Origin: Eledone cirrhosa
Lineage: Eukaryota
Assembly: GCA_964016885.1 (NCBI GenBank)
Contig: OZ024741.1
Coordinates: 193,750,001 to 193,814,000 of the forward strand
Direction: 5' to 3'
DNA: 64,000 nucleotides
The position numbers were made by a program, and so were the translations under genes. The notes beneath the pieces were generated by a model that had not been told where the DNA came from, searched no databases, and saw only the letters and a program-made list of their open reading frames with translations. Below, piece by piece: positions 53,870-64,000 of the stretch. How positions within the stretch are numbered: position 1 is the first letter of the stretch; each line of letters begins with the position of its first letter.

Positions 53870-54340
53870 CATCATCATTTTACGTGCTTTTCCCTGCTTG
53901 CAAGGGTGGGTCGGGTCCTATTCAGCACAGCATCTTTCCACTTGTCACGGTCCTTCGTCATCACCACTGTGAGCTTCAGCGATCTGAGGTCTGCTCTCAC
54001 CACCTACACCCATGTTTTTCGTGGTCTTCCTCTACTACGTCTTCCTTCAACTGGCATTTCTTGGCACTTCTTTACCCAGAGGTCATCCTCAATGCGCATC
54101 ACATGTCCATACCATCGCAGCCTTCTCTCCCACACACTACAACTTATCCCTCTTAAACACAGTTTCTCTCTCAACACATCCATGCTCGGTTGTTCACGCA
54201 CATTGACATTGCACATCCAACGGAGCATGCTTGCCTCATTTCTCTCCAGCTGTTGCATATCCTCTGCAGTTGCTGCCCATGTCTCACTACCATGCAGCAT
54301 CGCGCACCTCACACAGGCATCATATAACTGTCCTTTCGTA
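53870..54340 (-). mobile_element. RTE 3' fragment, same subfamily as the 31.6 kb copy
   Basis: High nucleotide similarity to 31610-32080. Confidence 0.9.
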
Positions 54341-54492
54341 TATTAGTTATATATAATAACACCTATATATCTATATGTGTGTTTCTGTGAGTCTGTGTAT
54401 GCATGTATGTATGAATATATATGTATGTCTGTATATATATATGTATATATATATATAAATATGTATATGTATATATGTATATATATATATAT

Positions 54493-55820
<1,328 letters not shown>

Positions 55821-55911
55821 TTAATAACTCTGGAAAATATTTTTCTGTAGAGTGCTTCCAATCTACTGTAAAACTTATTCTTTGATATACTCATTGAATC
55901 TTGTTTAACTC

Positions 55912-55960
<49 letters not shown>

Positions 55961-55977
55961 CTCACACGTACACACAA

Positions 55978-56068
<91 letters not shown>

Positions 56069-56422
56069 TACACATATATACACATATATACACACTCATA
56101 CACACATATAGTTATATAGGTGTTATATATAACTCATAATCCATAACGACGGGTGATAAAGAGCCCATTTGTTTGTCCAAAACGAACAATAAACAAAGGC
56201 AATACCGAATTATAAAACAGCAACAAAGATGGCTACTGTTTTATAGTAAGAACAACAACTATGATGGGTATTAACTTTGTAATAACATAAGAAGAATTTA
56301 GCCATACTCCATACCTTCCATTCAAATTTTGTACACTAAAAAAAAAAAAAAAGAATTTACAGATCTACACCCGCACACAAATGTGCACACATACAATATA
56401 AAAGACTCACAGACATGCACGC

Positions 56423-56487
<65 letters not shown>

Positions 56488-56738
56488 GAAGCAATAATGC
56501 ACATCCATAAAATGCACTCTTTCTGCACACAAATAACCACACCCATGACACACCTGAACTCTCCATCCACCTGCCTCAAACTTCGTAAACATTTTTTTCC
56601 AAACTCCAATGTTCCAGCCTGTTCTCTCTCCGAACACTCCATTTCCTGAAGAAGGACTTACGTCCGAAGCGCCAAACCCTCCTCTATTTCCTCCTAAGCG
56701 TGATACTAATAAGACTGTATTTTTTGCATCCTATCATT

Positions 56739-56776
<38 letters not shown>

Positions 56777-57094
56777 ACTTATAGCCTCCGACGAGCAAGT
56801 CTCTAGGTGGTCACCGATAATGCTAAAAATAGTAACCAAGTCTTGCATGAATTCAACACTTCTGTCATTAGATAATGTAGTCCTCAATCAATTATAGCAA
56901 ATCTATGATATGCATGTCAGCAGTGACACTCTGTAGTGCTTTTAGATGACACGCGATGAACTTTGAAAAACTCGTCAACAGTTAGACTTCTGTTTATTTT
57001 CTACAGGAACCTAAATCACACTCTTCTTCTTTTAAGATAAAATCAAGAATTGATTATGTATATATGGTATTCAGTATACATACATCCATCCATT

Positions 57095-57140
<46 letters not shown>

Positions 57141-57519
57141 TGCTAGCATGGAAAATAAACATTAAACAATGATGATGATATAATATTTACACAGGCAAAG
57201 GACAAGTAAATGTAGATACATAAAAATATTCATTAACAAGCTCATAATAGAAACCAATTCTTAAAAACATTATGTCTACTATTGAACTGTAAATATTTTG
57301 ATATGATATAAGGCCCCCCAGAAATAATAAAGCTACATAACAAAATACAGTTAGTTAACTACATAGAAAGAGAGACACATACACACAGACATGTTTGAAT
57401 AATGTGCACAGGTCAATAAAACTAATAGATATACAAATGTACAAACAATCCCACCTACTTTGTCAACTTAAATCATTAGTGCATGGGTGTGTGCCTATCC
57501 ATGTTTGGATGTACATAGC

Positions 57520-57830
57520 TTTGTGACTAGGGTGTTTGACACACAATTGTAAGGGTGTGAGTTTGATACCCAGCTGTACCTTGCGTCCTGGAGCAAGACA
57601 CTTTATTTCTCATTGCTCCAAGCTACTCAGTTAGCAAAAATGAGTTTTATCTGTAATTCATACAGCCAACCTTGTCACACACTATATCATGATGAATCTT
57701 CCTGTGAATTGTGTTAACAGTACACATTTCTAAAGAATCCTCAATTTACTTATACATTAATTACACGAGCAAGCTGTTCCATTGTTCAAGTAACTGGAAC
57801 AGGCATCAGTGGAACTGATAAAAGTCCAAC
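57520..57830 (+). mobile_element. Diverged tRNA-derived SINE
   Basis: B-box-like gagtttgatacc and gtcctggagcaagacacttt core. A related tail lies at about 62190-62420. Confidence 0.6.
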
Positions 57831-58110
57831 ACTCTCTATGTACACATGCTCTGATCCGAGGAGTAAACAAAACTTCTCTAGAAAATTCCTCCCACACGAG
57901 TGTCCTAAATGATATATTTATATATATATATGAAAAGTATTAGAAATGCGCAACCGGTAAAAACTTAAAACTAAAACTGAATACTAACCAATACTTATTA
58001 CTAATTTATACTTATTCCTAATTAAACTATTTTTCACTGGGAAAAATTTGTCAGCATTTTCTTTTCCTTTTTACTAATATATCACAACTCGTGTGTCACA
58101 CCTCTATTTA

Positions 58111-58161
<51 letters not shown>

Positions 58162-58312
58162 ATGTAGACAGGCCAAACTATATAAAGGGAGAGTAAGGGT
58201 GCTAGTTGGGATGGCTCTGAGTTTTGAGGGGGTCTACTACCCTGAAGTTCAAGTTCTTTTATTGTGTTCTATTACACACACACACACACACACACACATA
58301 CATATATATATA

Positions 58313-58487
58313 TGTAACGAAGGGTATTAGTGGTTGTTAGATGAAATAACAAGAATAGCTGAATTACTTTATATATAAAAAGGTTTACTTCACTTCAGTC
58401 AAAAAGAACAATAAACAAGTTACCACGAGTCGCGAAGGTTGACGATGTTATTTTGTTGTTGCTTCATGAGGCTGGTGTAGTCTGTGA

Positions 58488-58524
<37 letters not shown>

Positions 58525-58776
58525 TCTGTGGTTGTCTGTAGACCTCAGAGGCTTGTAGTAGGCGGTGAATCCTAACATAGCTTGTAATAGCATACTGCTC
58601 CGATCGCTCTGTGAAAACGTGGGAAAATATAGGCTTTATATACCTGTCGCTTTCTGTCTCCCTGCCTCGAGGGATCGCCCACGCATGAACCTGTCCACGC
58701 CAAAAAGGATGGTGACCTAGAATTTGACTTTTAGGTGTCACCCAAGGTTCAAGGCGTGGACAGATTTCGCTAAACA
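58313..58776 (-). mobile_element. Probable solo LTR, about 464 bp
   Basis: Termini TGTAACGAA...TTCGCTAAACA, minus-strand TATA (gtatataaag), inserted in microsatellite DNA. Confidence 0.55.
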
Positions 58777-59439
58777 CACACACACACACATACACACACA
58801 TATATATATATATATATGTACCTAAAACCCTTACATAAATCATATCTGCATTTAGCAATGACTACTAAAATACTTAAACGAGAAGTCAGAATGGAGCTCA
58901 TATGACACATCTAACGTAGACATATAACCAGCTTTGCATGGGCCTTTATAGGGACAACGGATTGGCAGAATTAGAACAGTGACACCAACAAAAACTCAAC
59001 CAAAGGAAGCAATCTCTCTGGGGTCGCTCACTAGCAAGAAAGAAAAAAAAAACTAAATTCCCTCATATCACTCACACGCAACAGTAGGGTCTTACATATG
59101 TAATAGAGTAAATCCACACACTTTCATCAACTGAAATCATTTGTGTAAGTAATAGATTAAAAAATCCTTCTGGAAATGTTGACTATCCAACAGCAAGCAA
59201 GGGAGGTAACTCCAGTAAGATCATTTCACCGAATATAAATGAATAATTACTTGACCTTCTTACCATCTTGAAACGCGAAGTACATATTGAATAATGTAAT
59301 CCTAGATATGCAATACCCGAGAGAAAGACATGATAGTTACATCTAATTTGGGTTTTAATCATAGGTTTGCTTGGGTATAGCTGACCTCTGGCTAAACAAC
59401 AACACGAAATTAACGTCACCACCACCATTGACACCGCTG

Positions 59440-60030
59440 CTCATCATCATCATCATTGTCATAGTTCCCTAAACCTTTTCGGGGTCGTTGGGACACCTCA
59501 GTATTAAATGCAGCACCAACTGCCTCAATTACTGGCGGTTATGGGCGAGTGCTTGGATTGTGGCAAAGTTCTTTTCTGTCCACTCAGCCATGTTGTCTGT
59601 CCACTACTTCCTCTGTCTGCCCCACCTTCTCTTTCCCCGCACTGTTCCTTAGAGAATAGTCTTGGAGAGACTGTCCAATCTTATTACATGCTTATACTAC
59701 CTCAGCTTCATCCTCTTCACCGTGGTCAGCAGATCTTCAAAGTAGCTTCTCATCTTCACTGTTTGGATCTTTCTTTGCGGTTCAGTGGTCAAGGTCCATA
59801 ACTCACATGCGTATAGAAAGATGGATAGGACCAACTCATGCAGGAGTTTTAGTTTGCATCTGAGAGTAGTGTTTTATTTCTCCATAGAGGTTTCAGCTTA
59901 GCAAGTGTTGTGGCTGTTAGAGCACTCCTTGTAAGGATATCTGGCTTGGATCCCTCTCGACTGATGATGGCGCCCAGTTACTTTAACTACGTCACAGTCT
60001 CCAACTCTTGACCACTGATTGTGATCAGGA
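59440..60030 (-). mobile_element. RTE LINE 3' fragment, third family
   Basis: Minus strand TILQGTVRGKRRWGRQRK*WTDNMAEWT, then a (GAT)n tail. Confidence 0.75.
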
Positions 60031-60286
60031 TGAGCCACCTAGTTTAAGAAATTCGGCCATGGTTAAGCCTGGAGAGGGATGGACGCCGCCAGACTCACAC
60101 AGCTCAAGACGCACTGCACACCGCTGCTATCTCCGCCATAAACCTTTACTATCGCTACCACCATCAAATACGTAACTTTTGGAAACGTAGTATATATTTC
60201 ATGTTCCTGCGAATTTTTGTTTGGTAAATATAGTATATTATTAAAGTTAATCTGTAGCAGTCGTTATGGTTTTATATTATTTCGGA

Positions 60287-60772
60287 TTGGCAGTATCGGT
60301 AGAAGGTCAGACGCTATAGTTTCTAAAATAGAGTTACGTCCCTTTACGGTCTGAGTTCAAATCGCGCCGAAGTTAACTTTGCCTTTCATCCTTATGGGGT
60401 CGATCAAATAAAGCACCAGTAATGTACTGGGGTAATTGCTGGCCGTGGTGGGTGGCACGTGGCCTAGTGGTAAGGGTGTTGGACTTACGATCATAATGTC
60501 GTGGGCTGCTCGATTCCTGGGTTGCGTGTTGTGCTCTTGAGCAAAACACTTCATTTCACGTTTCTCCAGTATACTCTGCTGAAAATGAGTACCAGCAATA
60601 GCTGGAGGTTTAACCCTGCGATGGACTGGCGTCCTTTCCAGGGGGGGGGGGGGAGTATTGTGCTCTAAGTCGCTTCACGCCATGACACTGGGATAAGCAC
60701 CGGCCAAATGAGCCTTCTGGCTTAAGACAGACTTTAGAATTGCTGGCCTTGTGCCAAAAGCAGAAACAATTA
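60287..60772 (+). mobile_element. Meta-like SINE interrupted by a younger SINE
   Basis: Head and core at 60287-60444, tail resumes at 60738. Confidence 0.85.
60445..60737 (+). mobile_element. tRNA-derived SINE with Deu/Nin-like domain and 11-bp TSD
   Basis: TSD aattgctggcc at 60434-60444 and 60738-60748. A box tggcctagtgg. Body aaccctgcgatggactggcgtcc...gtcgcttcacgc...gataagcaccggcc. Confidence 0.85.
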
Positions 60773-62448
60773 TTTCTTTTACAATTTTGTTTGCTAATAT
60801 ACCATTTTATATTAATGTCGTTTTTGTGAGCTACTTACTTCAAATACTGTTTTTCTGCGTTTTAATAGACATTACAAATGGTCAAATCGTTTCTTTCAAC
60901 AGATAATGATTTTGACAGCGGTTACAGAGCTAGTTTGGGTTTAAAAGAGAGCCACGAGCCAATATTTAGCAGACGACACAATAAGTATTTAATAACTCCT
61001 AACATCCACACTAGATGTCGTTAAATTGTCGTTTTGTTAGAAGTTATCATTGATTGAGCAAACTCCAGACCAAACTCGTTCCAGCCATGAATATCCTGAT
61101 TTCTTTTTTTTTTTTTTTTTAGACACAGCATGTCTATAAATACATTATCCAATAAGTCCTTAACTTTTTAAAGACTGCGATGTGATATGAGAGGGATTTG
61201 GCTGCTATTTCGAACAGAATTCCTCATTATGGTAAGGTATTGTTTAATCTTTTCGAGACCATATTTTTTATGAAATTCAATTAATTAATGACGAAGGGAT
61301 ATACTTATATTATCAATTATTTCATTACTAAGATAATAACTTAACATCCGGTGTTAAGAGTGAACAGACATGTTCAATGACCTTAGTGAAATCAATCATA
61401 ACAGAGATGGTGACAGGTAACTACTAATTTTTTACGCGATAGATAGTTTACGAAGATTTATTCATGCTATGCACCATCAAAAATCAGCACCGTGACCTTG
61501 TGGAATATAACCAAAATAGAAACAATAAATCGATCTGCCATGTAGCAATGAAGTGTTCTCATGTGAAAGTGGGTCATATTTTCAACAGTTGAACTAGATA
61601 ACAAAATATCATCTATGACGTCTGCAATGAACAACCATAGTCAGACTCATGCAATGCTGATAATAAACCCAGGCCAGATGTGAAATGTAGGTCTCATTTC
61701 GGCTGGTAATAGACACAGGCTAGTTATGAAATATATACCCAATTTCAAAGGACTCCTCAAGTATTTTTAATAATTAGTGCTAAATACATATGATTTATAA
61801 ACACACACACACATATGAAGTAAAGTCCAAATAGCTGTCAAGTAGGTAGTACTATGCGGAATAGTCCGTCCACGTAATTGTAGGTAGGACCCCTCTTTGG
61901 TATAGTCTACTGAGCTGTAATTAGATATCACAATGTGGTACAGTCCACGAAGCTTTAAGTAAGTACCATTGTGCGGAAACATTCCCTAAACTGTAACTAG
62001 ATACGACTGTTTGGTAAAACTCATCTTGCAAGTAGGTACGACAGTGTGCAGTAAACGCGTCTCTTAATGTCCAAAAGATATGCCTGTTTTGCTTTATGGT
62101 TAATCCACTTTTGCCTGGCTGTAAACAGACTGAGAACAGCAATATTGACAACTAATTTGTAGACATGACGCTTTTGGTTCAATTACTAGAGTTCTATGTA
62201 ATGTGGGGTTCCGATATGCACCCTGTTGACATCTTCAAGAAACCGCTGACATTCTCTCACGCCATGACCTCTTACGAGACGATGGTTATTTAAGTTCAGA
62301 TCAGAAAATTATGTTAAAGGTACACGTGTTTGTGAAATACTCATTCATGTGTACATAAATTTGTTGGTAAACTATTCTATTGACCGAAGAACTGGAGCAT
62401 TCATTGTTGAAACAGACGGAGGTCAATTTTATTTGATAAATGTAATAT

Positions 62449-63060
62449 AATTGTTTCTACTTTTGGCACAAGGCCAGCAATTACTCAGTGCATTACTGGT
62501 ACTTTATTTTATCGACCCCGTAAGGATGAAAGGCAAAGTTAACCTAAAAATGTAATATAATATAGGATAATGTAATATCTTAGGCACAACGTCAGAAATT
62601 TGGAAGGAGTGGAACAGTCAATTACATCGATATCCCTACTTGAACTTAAAGGACATTAACTAAATACTGCAAGGTATTTTCTCCGAAGCTCTATCAAATT
62701 TGCTAATCCACCACCACCCCAAGAATTGTTTCTACTTTTGGCACACGGCCAACAATTTGAAGGGGAAGGGAAAATCGATTAAATCGAGCCAAATGCGTTA
62801 CTGGAACTTTATTTTATCAACCTCGTAAGAACCAAAAGTAAATCTGACCTCGGCGGGATTTACGTTTAGAACGTAAGAGCGGGATTTACACAAAGCCTGT
62901 TGTCCGACGCTTTACCAATACTGCCAATCTACCACCCTTCCCCCGCCCTAATAATATAATATAATTGTTTCTACTTTTGGCACAAGGCCACCAATTATCC
63001 CAGTGCATTACTGGTACTTTATTTTATCGATCCCTTAAGGATGAAAGGCAAGTTAACCTC
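62449..63060 (-). mobile_element. Group of Meta-like SINE copies
   Basis: Same consensus, with copies starting near 62449, 62580, 62723 and 62963. Confidence 0.8.
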
Positions 63061-63349
63061 AATATAATATTAATATAATGTATGTATGTGTAAGTATTCG
63101 CGTGTGAGTATTCAATATTACTATTTTATCCGCTCGCATAAAATAAAACGTTTCGCTTAAAATCACCTTAATCAACAGAATACAAACATACATGCGCTCA
63201 CTTTCACTCTATCGTGACATTAAGAAAGCAATTTAATGTTTGTCCCTTGAATTATTCTATGTATTATAGCTGCAGAACTCGTATCATTTACACTTTCGTA
63301 ATGTTGATGTGTGGAAAGGCAGTAGACGTTGTGTTTGTCCAATGACAAC

Positions 63350-64000
63350 ACAATAACTGTCACGCTCTCGTCAGCGAGGTTCTCAGCCAGACGGCCAAAC
63401 CTGAGCTCTCCCCCGAGATGGAACAGGCTTTGGCCTACTGGACAGGCGAAGGCCTGTCTGTCCCCGAGTATACCACGGTCCAACGTAACTAGGACGATAT
63501 CAATTGCAGGCCCTCTGTCAGGCAGATCGAGTCTGGCTTGGACTAAACCGCCTCGCCTGCCCCCGCTTCTCAGTCCAACTGCGGCGCGTGACTTAATCCG
63601 GTACCCTCCTCATCAACCGGTACCCTATTTGATGATGAGTGCACTCGCATCGAAGTAACCCAACGCCTTGGCCTCCGCGTGTGTGACCACATAAATGCCG
63701 CTGCGGAGCAGATGTTGACAAGTTCGGCCGGTACCCTCTATCTTGCCGCCAGAGCGCAGGCCAGTTCCCCTGACATGCCGCTCTCAACAACATATTGAGA
63801 AGAAGCCTGGACGCAGCTGGCTTTCCATCTCAACTGGAGCCAGCAGGCCTAGAGCGCGGAGATAGCAAGCGCCCCGCGAGATTGGGTGGCTGTTGCAGCG
63901 GGTGTCACAGGCTATCATCCTGGGGAATGCCTTTGCCGTCTAGTCAGCGAGGCGCAGCACTTCTGCCCTCTTGCCATAGGCCCAAAGCCCAATCCTCCTC
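63350..64000 (+). mobile_element. CRE-clade retrotransposon 3' part (zinc knuckle plus internally deleted endonuclease)
   Basis: RLGLRVC...HKCRCGADVDKFGRYPLSC...[12 protein letters not shown]...[14 protein letters not shown], then jumps to [15 protein letters not shown]. Confidence 0.8.

Overview
This is eukaryotic, AT-rich, repeat-dominated DNA. The SINE, LINE and microsatellite content points to a cephalopod, probably Octopus (inference). No intact long protein-coding gene, rRNA, true tRNA or CRISPR array is visible. Most long ORFs are decayed retrotransposon pieces or tandem-repeat artefacts. The window holds many RTE-clade LINE remnants (one nearly full length at 31.6-34.7 kb), an RTE-X fragment, CRE-clade RT plus restriction-like endonuclease fragments, and Penelope-like elements (PLEs) in inverted configurations. 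It also holds tRNA-derived SINEs (Meta-domain type and one nested Deu/Nin type), non-autonomous Helitrons, several solo LTRs, and 40-, 72- and 48/96-bp tandem arrays. The most notable observations are four. (i) Several PLE-associated type I hammerhead ribozyme folds occur, three with intact cores, and each inverted pair has one intact and one core-mutated copy. (ii) A hypothetical minus-strand spliced small ORF (45298-45252, 43385-43353, alternative last exons at 42889, 42133 and 30070) would encode a 27-40 aa single-pass micropeptide reminiscent of sarcolamban/sarcolipin. (iii) A 454-bp tandem duplication has a chimeric middle copy that pins an unequal crossover to about 6 bp. (iv) A 273-bp ETS-motif-rich cassette is inserted in a solo LTR whose empty site is visible in a paralogue in the same window. 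Coordinates of decayed elements are approximate.
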